Source of the DNA: Marsupella aquatica | Lineage: Eukaryota > Plantae > Marchantiophyta | Assembly (NCBI GenBank): GCA_973895155.1 | Contig: OZ316898.1 | Coordinates: 14,228,330 to 14,292,329, forward strand | Reading direction: 5' to 3' | Length of the DNA stretch: 64,000 nucleotides | Shown: positions 37,069-47,467 of the stretch, one piece after another | Layout of the letters: each line of letters opens with the position of its first letter | Numbering within the stretch: the first letter of the stretch is position 1 | Position numbers and translations under genes: made by a program | The notes under the pieces: generated by a model | Seen by the model: the letters and a program-made list of their open reading frames with translations, nothing else | The model's database searches: none | Told to the model about the DNA's origin: nothing

Positions 37069-39079
37069 AGGTTAGTTGCATTTAGGTGGTCGGGTATCTA
37101 GTGCTAGACAGCTTTGATTAGACACTCACTCGGAGGTACCTTGTATATAGCTCAGTGTAGTCTCTAGTCAAAGCTCTCTTTACATCTTCTATCATGCCAT
37201 CACGACCAGGATGGGTCTACCCAGTAGGCCTAATCCATTTTGTACATATTGGGGTGATCCCCTTTTTGAATATGATATTTTGACCTCGTGTTTATAGCAT
37301 TATCTTTGGTTCCTAATTGGTGTATGTCACCTTCAACCCTAAACCAATACCCAAACCCCCAAAAAACCACCCATGAAACCCTGTATTCCACCCCCAGAAC
37401 ATTTGATAATCCGTTGCAAGTCCTTTACCATCCGTATCGGTAATATAGCAGTGTCCGATGCTGCTGCCTTCGAACTTTCCCATCCCCAACGCATCGGACC
37501 CCTCCTTCAAGGTTCCCATCTTAAATATATCGGATAGTCCGATACAAAAAGTAACGCACTTTCCGTTATTATAAATAACGCAATGCCGATACAAATTCCT
37601 TCGCAAATTGCCATGTCAAATATATCGGACATACCGATTTAAATAGTATCGGACATAGGAAATCGTCGTGTGCCGTCGCGTCTTAGTTATCCGATTCATT
37701 TTACAACGGACATAAAATATCCGTAACACGTTACAACGGAACGTCCGTCGTAAAAAATATCGGAAAGTCCGATGGAAGTCCGATGGTCGATATGCGATGG
37801 TTTGCGCATCGCAAAGTGCGTTGGGAATTGCATCGGATGATAGAAATTTTTGCGTCAATTTTCCTGAAGGGATCCGATGTAAATCCTATCGAATAAAGGC
37901 CCGAAAATGTACTAGTGAAAATATTGAGAGCAGTCCTGCAGGGGGAAACAACCCGCTACTGTCCAAGGTATATCTCATATATCATTGTATGTATAAGTTT
38001 TGTATATTGCAATTATTATAATGGCCTAAAAGTTCTATTGTAAGTGATGTATATGACTTTGCAATTCATTCTACTTTGAGCCTAGGTTCACCAATATATA
38101 CAATGATTTGCACATCCACATATGCATGGCAGGTTAAGACCGAGAAGGAACAAGGTGGAGTCCTTGCAAGCATTCGGGACCTAAATCAACCATTGAGTAG
38201 AGCACGAAGAGGCAAGGGTCCGAACCCAGGCAAAGAAAACGTACCTTCATTTAGAGCTATTTCAACAAAGGTACAGGAGGATGCAAGGGAACGGTTGTTG
38301 ACCGGCAAAAACATGGTATGATTTCTTATTTCCATCCATTGTAAGCCAGCAGTCTTTATTAGGTTGCAGCAATCATTGTGTACAATGTGTAGACAGAAAT
38401 TGTATGTGTGGAACGTACTCTTGTGGTCTCATTATGTGGTCATTATATATGTACAGGCAAACCAGGAAGAAGTTTTGGGTGCTCAAGGAACCCGGTCGAC
38501 GAGAAGTAACAAGTCCCAGGCTTCTGGAGACTCCAATATAGTAAGCATATACTGAGAAGTTTTGCACAATTCTGTAAATAATCATTTATAGCTTGTCATT
38601 GGTGTACTACCATATTTTAAAAAGCTCACCAAAGACTGTAACTTTTGCAGAATTTTGAAAAGCTCACCAAAGACGCCAAACTAGTATTGTGCATGAGAGC
38701 CATGGGTTTGATGAAGACCTGCAAAGTGGAGGCCAAATTGCGCACGTTTGTAGCAGATACGAACAAGCAGTCAAAGACTACCGCCAAGCCATTCACCAAA
38801 CACGCTCAGAAGAATGCATCAGAGTTATTGGACATGGTGGCCAGGTGGATTGTAGAGCAGAATGTAGTGATCGTTACACATCTTCCGGCTTTAAATGCCG
38901 ATGGCCAGCAAAGGATCTTCCCTGAAAATGCTATGAAGAAAGCCGGGGAAGAGGTATAGTACTCACTACATAGATAGCATACCTGCATCGCTCTATGAAC
39001 GGCACAAGCTAGACAGGTTATGAATATGATTGCATTATATATTGACCAAGGGCCACCACTACTTGCTTCGTGTTTCACA

Positions 39080-39090
39080 TATATACATAC

Positions 39091-39125
<35 letters not shown>
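39080..39125. repeat. (AT)n(AG)n microsatellite
   Basis: Direct reading. Confidence 0.9.
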
Positions 39126-39524
39126 TGGGAGTTGCTAACGTACTTAGTTTCTAATGTACAAATGAATGCTACTTAACTCACTGTGATCTTATTTACAACG
39201 CTATGAGGAAATGATTCAAAACCATATTAGAAATTTGATTTGCGTAAGCTGGGCCCAATAAAGAACCTTACATTCACGATACCCATCGACATTTCATGGT
39301 ATTCATTGGCAATATGACTGGATGGTTTTTGATGCAATTCATCTTGGGACGCCAGACATTTTTAATACCCCATTGGTAATACGTGAGGATCCCCCAATAC
39401 CCCACAATACATAGGCGTTACATCGTGAATCCCCACTTCATCGTAGGCAATTTGGAAGATGCGGATGCACATTATCCTGGAATTTGACGCGGATGCAATT
39501 TGACGCAGCAAGAAGCCTGGAATC

Positions 39525-40345
39525 AAAAATACCCTACAAATACCCCACGGTATGCAGGTAAAATGCACAAGTAATCCCCGCTTTGACATAGGAAATCTGG
39601 ACGGTGAAGATGCATATCATCCTGCAAACCTCCAGGGCTGTTAGCGAAGCCACCTAGAGAGTGGCAATTGGAAGTGGCATACCAAATACCCCAACGATAC
39701 CCCAGGGTATGCGGGTAATGTGCACACAGAACCCCCACTTTACAACAGGAAATTTGGATGGTGGAGATGCATATCATCCTGCACACCTCCAGGGCTGCCA
39801 GCGAGGCCACCTGGAGAGCGGCCATTGGACGCTGACAACCCAAATACCCCAGAGATACACTAATGTATGCGGGTAATATGCACACGGAATCCCCACTTAG
39901 CCACAGCAAAATTGGACGGTGGAGATGCATATCATCCTGCGCACCTCCAGGGCTGCCAGCGAAGCCACTTGGAGAGTAGCAATTGGACGTTGACAACCCA
40001 AATACCCCAGAGATACCCCACGGTATGCGGGTAATATGCACACGGAATCTCCACTTTACCACAGCAAAATTGGATGGTGGAGATGAATATCATCCTGCAC
40101 ACCTCAGCGAAGCCACTTGGAGAGCGGCAATTGGACGCTGACATCCCAAATACCCCAGCGATACCCCACGGGTATGCAGGTAATATGCACACGGAATCCC
40201 CACTTTACCACAGCAAAATTGGATGGTGGAGATGACTATCATCCTGCACACCTCAGCGAAGCCACTTGGAGAGTGGCAATTGGACGCTGACATCCCAAAT
40301 ACCCCAGCGATACCCCACTGTATGCGGGTAATATGCACACGGATG
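39525..40345. repeat. Subterminal tandem array, ~148-157-bp unit, ~5.5 copies
   Basis: AAATACCCCAG.GATACCCCACGGTATGCGGGTAATATGCACACGGAATCCCCACTT...AATTGGACGCTGACA unit starting near 39527, 39685, 39842, 39999, 40147, 40296. Confidence 0.93.
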
Positions 40346-41314
40346 TTGCGGAGAGCGCGACCATCCAAGGACCTGGGTTATGCCAACTACCTCCGGCTTA
40401 TACAAATAAACACGCAAATGTGGGGAAATGTGGAGGCGCTAAACCCTTCTGTAGTTGGGTATATTACGGGAAACGCCCCAAATGTCACGCCTGTGGGACA
40501 CATAGGCAAATTACCCCAGGGAAACGCCGAACTGCTAGAAGTATCAAATCCCTCGTTATGTATGGGAAAGCATGGGTATTTTCAACCAAATTCCCTAAGA
40601 TGTCTGGAATCCCCACTTCTTTGTTATGGTACACTGATTCACCAAGTCAGGTGGGGAAATCCCCAACTCCTCGACCATGCATATCCTCCTTGTGAAGGAA
40701 ATCAAAAAACAAAACTCGCCTTTGCGAAGTATCGCGCATCGCAATAGAATTGCAAACTACGAAGCCCAAAGGTTCGCATTCGGTCTTTCGCAAGACCTTC
40801 GCAACTTGCAACACGAATAGAATCGCAAAGGACTCACATTTAAGCGACTTTGTGGGCGTTGCAATAGGCTTGCGATAATAATCGACCAGTTCAATATTTG
40901 CGATTCCACGAGTTTGGTAATATGATTGCGATATTCAATGAATGGTAGTTATGCCATGAAATTCACTTCGCATTTGTGTGAACTTATGTGGTTTGCATAA
41001 TGTTTGCGATACCTTCAGTATGGTAAATATGCGATTTGGGTTGTTCGCATAGGTTTCGCAAGCTGTCTTGAGGCTAGGTTTTAGATTTAGAGTTTTGAAT
41101 TATGGTTGGGGTCTTGTTGTCCAACACGGAGAATGAGGTTTGAATCAAAATTGCTTTATAGAAAATTGATAGGTACACAGAAATTAGGGTTTCCTAAACC
41201 CTAAACCCTAGATGGGTGTCATATGACAAGCTAGGTCCCTATAAGACTACCCATATCAAAACTATACACTACACTAAGTAAATGGGCATCCCATGGGCAC
41301 TACACCACCAAGCT

Positions 41315-43254
41315 CTAGAATGGGGTCCTCCTACTCCTTGTCACCGGCCTCTTCCCCTTGTCCCTCTTGCGATGATCCGGACGTGGCACAGGAGGTGGTG
41401 CTGGCTGCTCCTCCACATCTGGTTCTTCCTCGTCCTCTTCCTCATCCTCATCCTCTTCCTCCCCCTCCTGCTGGGAAACTCCTCCTACTGGTCCAGATCC
41501 ACTACTCCCTCCTACCTTGGGCCCCTTTGTCGTGGTCCCCTCATTGTTCTCATCGGTGCTCCTGGTATCACTGGCATCCTCATCATCCTGTTTGCACAGC
41601 ACAACGCCAAATTGGTTTAGGTTCACGGAATGAAAAGATAAGTGGATTGGGTGGGAAAAACTGAAGGGGATACATGCACTTACAGTCGCTAACTCTGCGT
41701 CAACCAAGTCAAAGAGATGTTTGGCTCCATGCGCAGCTCCTATCTCCATCTCTTTTGTTGTTATCTTCCTGCGGTACCTCTTATACTACCACAACCAAAC
41801 ATTCCAAAACCAAAATAGATTGGGGTTAATATGCCATAAACCCAAGAAAAATGCATGGAGGTGCTAATAGGGTGCTCCCTAACACAAAACTGGGCTCAAT
41901 AACCCTTAGCGGTATTTTTTAAACATAATACACACTTGCAAAACTCCCCGCTTCGCAAATTCAAATAAATTGGCTGTTTGCAAAGCGGGTTAGTTCGCAA
42001 TAGCTTTGCATCTATAACTTTAAAAAATGCCATAATAGACTTTGCGAAACATTTGCAAATCAACCCGCATCACAAAAGCTTTGCAAACTCTGTTTTTAAA
42101 AAATTCTGAGAAATCTCTAAGGCACGCAATGTGTCAGGGTGACCTAAAGTACAAGGCAGGCCATAAGAAAGAAAGAAGAGGTATGCAGGGGGCATTGCAG
42201 GTTTGGATAGCAATTGAAAGCAAGGAAACAGAACTCACAAAGTGTGCTTTGAGGCCGGGAAGTCCACCTTGGCCCATCTTGTGCGTGGTCTTGGGCCATT
42301 TGCTGACTCGCTCAGCTGCAAGGATGAATTTTTGGGGTGGTGCCCCCACTTCATCCACAATGTGCTGCATGTGAGACACCTTCTCAGCATTGCCTTGAGC
42401 TCTCGGTCGGACTTCCCGGCCTTCTGTGCCTTGGCTTCCATCTCCTTCCAGAAGAGAAGGTTCCTAGCAGCTCTCATCTGCACCTGAGCCACTTTGTAAA
42501 AGGCATTCCACACGTCCTCAGTGAATTGCAGTGGCCTCCTCACATTTCTGTACTCCTCCAAGTTTGCCAGGTAGGCCCTTACCTTCTTCCTATCATGGTA
42601 CCGTGCTTGAGACATTGAATTGGAAATTCTATCTGCAAGCCACTGTTCATCAATCTCTGCTCCATTTTGAAATGAATCTTTGATTTGACTCATTACTTTC
42701 CTCTGGTCTGCCTTGCTGAGTTTCCCCCACTCAACTCCTCGTGCAAAATTGGAGCGCACCATAAGCTTGATAGTGCTCTTTGCCCCGATGTAGGCCAGTT
42801 CAGTAGGAATGTCTTCGATCAAGGCAATCATAGGCAGCTTCTTCCTCTCTTCCTCCTTCTTTCGCTACTCCTCCCGCTGTGCTCTTATCTCATCTCGTTG
42901 AACCTCTCTCCTCTTCTTTTCTAGGGCAGCAGGTGAGACCACTCCTGCCTTGGCCCTCTCCTCCTTCTTATGCTTCTTCTCTCTTGCCGTCTGTTGAGCT
43001 GCACTCCTTTGCTCCTCCTCCCTTGCAATGTTCCCTGCAGCTACTCCCGTTTGCAAGGCTTGCCCAAGGATTGCACTCAAAGAAGCAATCCCTGCTGGTG
43101 TAGTCAAATCTAAGCGGCTCAACTATGCTGCATTGAGGTGCTCAGCCATCAAATCGGTCCATCGATTCCTCTCCTGCTCCCCATTGCCTTCATTCCCATT
43201 GCCACTGTCACTCACCCCTGCCCCATCACCTCCATTTGCTCCACTGGAATCCAT
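41315..43254 (-). pseudogene. TnpA-like second gene of element B
   Basis: Exons ~43254-42239, ~41785-41684, ~41587-41315; THKMGQGGLPGLKAHF| parallels THWMGQGGSNRLKAEF| in A; ends RRTPF; contains stops and a frameshift. Confidence 0.7.
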
Positions 43255-43651
43255 AGCTAAGCCATCCCCTGAGCGCGCGCGAGCTCCCTTCTCCCTCCCT
43301 ACGCTTGAAATTTTTCAAATGCCGCTGAGTACGCCGTGGCCGAGTGCTAAAGTACAAGCGGGAAAGACTTGCGAAGCAACCCATTTCGCAATTTGCGATC
43401 CTTCTCGTTTTGCATGTAGTTTCTCAATTTTGCGAAACCATTGCAACGTGAAAGGTTTTGCAACACCTTCGCTCTCTCACAAAAATGCTCTCGGGCTCTG
43501 TTTTTCTGAAGGTCGTGCAAAAGCATACGCTTCGCAAAACTCAATCCTAATTTGTGATGGTATTTGCAAAGGAAGTGGCTTCGCAAGACATTGGCAACTC
43601 GTCTTGGGGGGAATGTTGGTTTCATTTGAAAGGGCTTTTTTCAAAGGTAAA

Positions 43652-43772
43652 GTGGACCCCTCTATACTCATATTTGGAATGCTTTTTGGCCATGGACCCC
43701 TCTATACTGATATTTGGAATGCTTTTTGGCCATGGACCCCTCTATACTCATATTTGGAATGTTTTTTGGCCA
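43652..43772. repeat. 40-bp tandem repeat x3
   Basis: TGGACCCCTCTATACTCATATTTGGAATGCTTTTTGGCCA unit. Confidence 0.9.
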
Positions 43773-44972
43773 TGTTTTGGGTGTTAGATAATACTTGAAG
43801 GCGGGTTTGAAGGGTTAGGCAGATTTCAGGTTAATGGGTTATTTATGGTGTTGGTTTAGGCTAAGGTTTGGGTTTACATTAGTTTAGAAGAAATAATAAA
43901 GGTGTGGGATTTGGTTTACAAGAAATAAGTAAGGTTTGGGTTTAGGGTTTTAGGGTTTGGGGTTTTTAAATAGAAAGGTCTCTAGGGTTGAAGAAAGGTT
44001 TGGTTTTATGTGTAAGTCAGATTTAGGTTTAATAGGTAGGATGCGGTTTGGGGTTGAAGGTTTGGATAAGACAAAGCAAGGTTTCATGAGATTTATATTG
44101 CAGCCTTTTGGGTTTAAGAGAGGTTCATTGGGTTTATGAATCAAAAAGGGATTGGCATGGGTTTTGCTAACAAAGGAGGGGAATATATGATAGCTTGCAG
44201 GGTGCGGCACTTTTTGATGATTTGATACTAATGCATATGCATTGTGAGAGCCCGGGCATCTGAAAGGTAAACATTACATGACTGGCTCAAGTGTTCCTTT
44301 CATGTACTTAACACTTTTGGTTGCCACTATGTATAAAGGGGACATGTATATAGGGTTTTTTGTTCTTGTCTGGTCTAGATTATTGTGCTTACATATACAT
44401 GGAATGCTTGCAGCTTTTCCCTCATATTTTCAGATTGGGTTCATTAATTATCTTAGAGCCACAAGACCTATTGGCACTGCTGAGCCCGGGTCTCATAAAG
44501 GTACCTTTTTTTATTGCTATGGTCATTTTGGTTTGGGTTTCTTGTCATCATTATTTGGGAACTTTGATTTATATCATTTTGTGGTATGTTTTGGTCATAA
44601 CATGCCCATTTTAATTATATCTTGTTACAGGGGATATGTCTTCATCTTCTGAAATCTCCACCACATACTCGTCCTCCTCTGATGAAGATACACCACCTCC
44701 ACCTCAACATCACACGACCGCACCTCCTCCTCGTGGTCCACCCCGTCAACTTTGTGAATGTTCCAGATGTGTTGGTCAGGTTTCCCAAAAATCTTACATA
44801 TGTGCCCAACATATTGAGAGATATGGGCGTTGTGGACGTCATACGGCAGGGGCTTCTTCATCTCATATGGTAAGTGTTATGCCTTAGTTTTCCTACCCTA
44901 TTCCCATTACTCAATGGTTGAAGGTTTTTAATTTCACACCTACTTTTGTTTGTTTTGGTTTCGATGGAATAG

Positions 44973-45792
44973 GTATCCAATAGGCCTAGACTTGCGGCAC
45001 AAGCACCCTATGTCCCATCACAAGGTGTTCTAGATGCTATAGGCAATGCATTCTCACAAGCCTTGGGTCTAGCGGCAAGGCCCACCAGTCCTAGGGAAGT
45101 TGGGGTTGAGGCTATTGTCCCAAGAGGGAGAAAGCGTTCCAAGAGGCGGGCCCAAGGGGATACTGATTTGTACAAGGCAATGGTTATGGGTAGGTGGGGT
45201 GATTGTGAGTTCACTGGCAGATGTGTCCCTATCATCAAGGACTGGGATCCTGAGACTCTTGGTTTGCCACAACAGCTTTCCTATGGAGAGGAGGTAGAGG
45301 TTTGGGGTAGACGTTGGGTTATCAAACCTTCCACACTTGGGGATAGACATGGCTATGGAGTTTTTTCCTGTGAGGACATCATTGTGGACGCCGAGAGTGG
45401 TAGAGGTGGACGCGGCCGAGAGGGGCCTACTTTGTTTCCTTATGGTGGACCCATCTACAAGAGAAGACATTGGAACATGATCCTTGCACAACACCCTGAG
45501 TGGAAGACTTATGCATTGGACATGGATACTTTTGATGGAAACACTAGAAGGTATAGTGAGCACCGTGTCATAGATGGGGACCCCATACGGACTGGGAATA
45601 TTCATTGCTGGTTTCATAAACAGTACCGTGGGAACTCGCCCTAAGTGTAGGCAAAATTGTGAGTGGGTTTTCATTGAGGGTCCTCCACCAGCACCTTATG
45701 GCCAGACATATCATCATGACCATTGCCTAGTTGTAGCAACGAGGACCATTAACTAAGGGGATGAGTTATTTACTCACTATGAGTGGGATTAG
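44973..45792 (+). pseudogene. SET-domain exon of element B (frameshift near 45600, stop at 45754)
   Basis: GYGVFSCEDI, LFPYGGPIY, IDGDPIRTGNI/AGFINST, NCEW, VATRTIN*GDELFTHYEWD; clearly homologous to 31706-32662. Confidence 0.85.
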
Positions 45793-47467
45793 GGTTAAGT
45801 TAAGGGTCATAGGTGGTATGTTGCATATAAAATGACACTACATATGGCCTTTGGCCATGTTTTGTATTTGCACCACAACCAATATTATTTCATTTTTGCA
45901 CACCCCTAGCCCATTTTTGTGTGTGTTCTCTTTGCAATATAACTTTCAATTGTTTGCTTTGTTTTTAGAATGTGCGACCCTCTCCAAATATGTTACCACG
46001 GAGATTGAGAGCAACATATCAAGAAATGGGTATGCCAGAAGAAGGACATGGATCAGAGTCACACTCCTCATCAAGTGCTAGTGGAAGCAGTAACCCTGAT
46101 GAAGAGGTACCTCGGACGGATGAACAAGTAACTGATGACTAGGATAGAGCCATGGATGACTTTATGGTTGATTGGTTTGGTGCCGACAACCCTGGTGATG
46201 ACCTTCCCAATGAAGGGTAGGTGCCCCCCAATGATCCACGCCCAAGACATACCCCTGAGGGACAATGCCAATGGGAAGAAGCAGAGGAACATGCCCGGAC
46301 ACCTATCTATGAGGGTGCTCGTTTGAGTCATCTTTCAGCCATCTTGGGGTTGATGAACCTACAGGCCAAACACAAGGCAAGCAATGCCTTATTATCTTAT
46401 ATGCTTGCACTTTGCCATGAACTTATGTTACCCACTGAGAATGTGTTGCCAGCAACTTGGAAGGAGGCAAAGAGTGTTCTCTCATCTATTGGCATGGAAT
46501 ATCATATTGTTCATGCATGTGTGAATGATTGCATGTTATTTCATGGGGCCAATGCAAACATGACACAATGTACAACATGTGATGAGCCTCGCTATGACCC
46601 CAACATGCTAACAAAGAAGGTGCCAAGGAAGGCTGTTCATTGGTTTCCCATCATTCCTCGGTTGTTGCACATGTATCGGTGTTCTGACTTGGCAGAGTTG
46701 ATGGTATGGCATAAGACTCATCAATCAGAGTCTGGTGTCATGCGGTTGCCAGTTGACTCCCCTGCTCACAAACATATTGAGGCAACATGGCCAGACTTTG
46801 CACATGATCCTCGCCATGTGAGGCTAGGATTGGCATCTGATGGAGTTAGCCCTCATTCACTTGGAGGAAAGGGGCAACCTACATCAGTTTGGCCTGTGGT
46901 TGTCATGAATTATAACCTCCCACCATGGCTATCCATGAAGAAGGGGTTCCTTTTATTGTCTTTGATTATCCCAGGTCCAAAAAAGGTGAAGAACTTTGAC
47001 ACTTACTTGGCACTATTGGTTGGAGAACTTAAAAAATTATGGGATGGAGTGTGGGCATATGATGGCAGGAAAATTTCAGGAGGTTTTCCACGTGTCTTTC
47101 AATTGAGAGGGATCGTTTGTTGGACAATGCATGACTATCCTGGTAAGATGACTTCCATGCCATTTGCAACCCTTTGATAATGTGTAGTTCCTATTGTTGT
47201 TTCTCATGTGATGACCCTAACATAAAGTTTGCATGGTTTGATTTCTTCTGTGTAAACAGGGTTTGGTTTTGTCTCTGGATTGCAAACTCAGGGGTACAAA
47301 GCTTGCTCTACTTGCGGCCCAAGCTTAGAGGACATGGCCAATATTGTTTATGGATTAGAAAGATTATTTATATTGGGCATACAAAGTTTCTTCCCATGGG
47401 GCATGAGATGAGGTTTGACCCACTTCTATTCTCCTCCTTTGACATGCCATTTGGTGATGAGCGTGAA

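Larger units (their letters stand above)
27587..37917 (-). mobile_element. Complete CACTA (En/Spm) transposon, element A, 10.3 kb
   Basis: Perfect 14-bp TIR CACTAGTACATTTT / AAAATGTACTAGTG; 3-bp TSD AAA (27584-27586, 37918-37920); dense CCGATA/TATCGG subterminal repeats; TnpD inside. Confidence 0.97.
25196..38959 (+). pseudogene. Multi-exon SAM-domain protein gene split by CACTA element A
   Basis: N-terminus WSRLTCKELC...YTSKIEELDLTGESFFCMDGDDW...VGMKTWVHRKKLRRWV resembles a SAM domain. Removing 27587-37920 restores the in-frame exon VKRQNIESSPAGGNNPLLSK; phase-0 GT-AG exons follow at ~38133-38315, ~38457-38540 and 38651-38959. Confidence 0.7.
8428..40694 (-). mobile_element. Giant CMC/CACTA-like DNA transposon with cargo genes (~22 kb excluding nested element A)
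   Basis: TIRs: CACAAGGAAGATCTGCAAGGTTAGGAGTT (8428-8456) vs reverse complement of 40665-40694 CACAAGGAGGATATGCATGGTCGAGGAGTT, 25/30 aligned columns. Encloses a CACTA-like transposase; ATACCC(C) motif recurs throughout. No TSD seen. Confidence 0.75.

Noticed and set aside
39525-40345. CRISPR-like array, or coding ORFs in the repeat
   Set aside because: Units repeat in full with no unique spacers, the context is eukaryotic, and the ORFs are by-products of the repeat.
43028-43798. 256-aa plus-strand ORF
   Set aside because: Antisense to the TnpA-like gene and runs through motif clusters and 40-bp repeats; no counterpart in element A.
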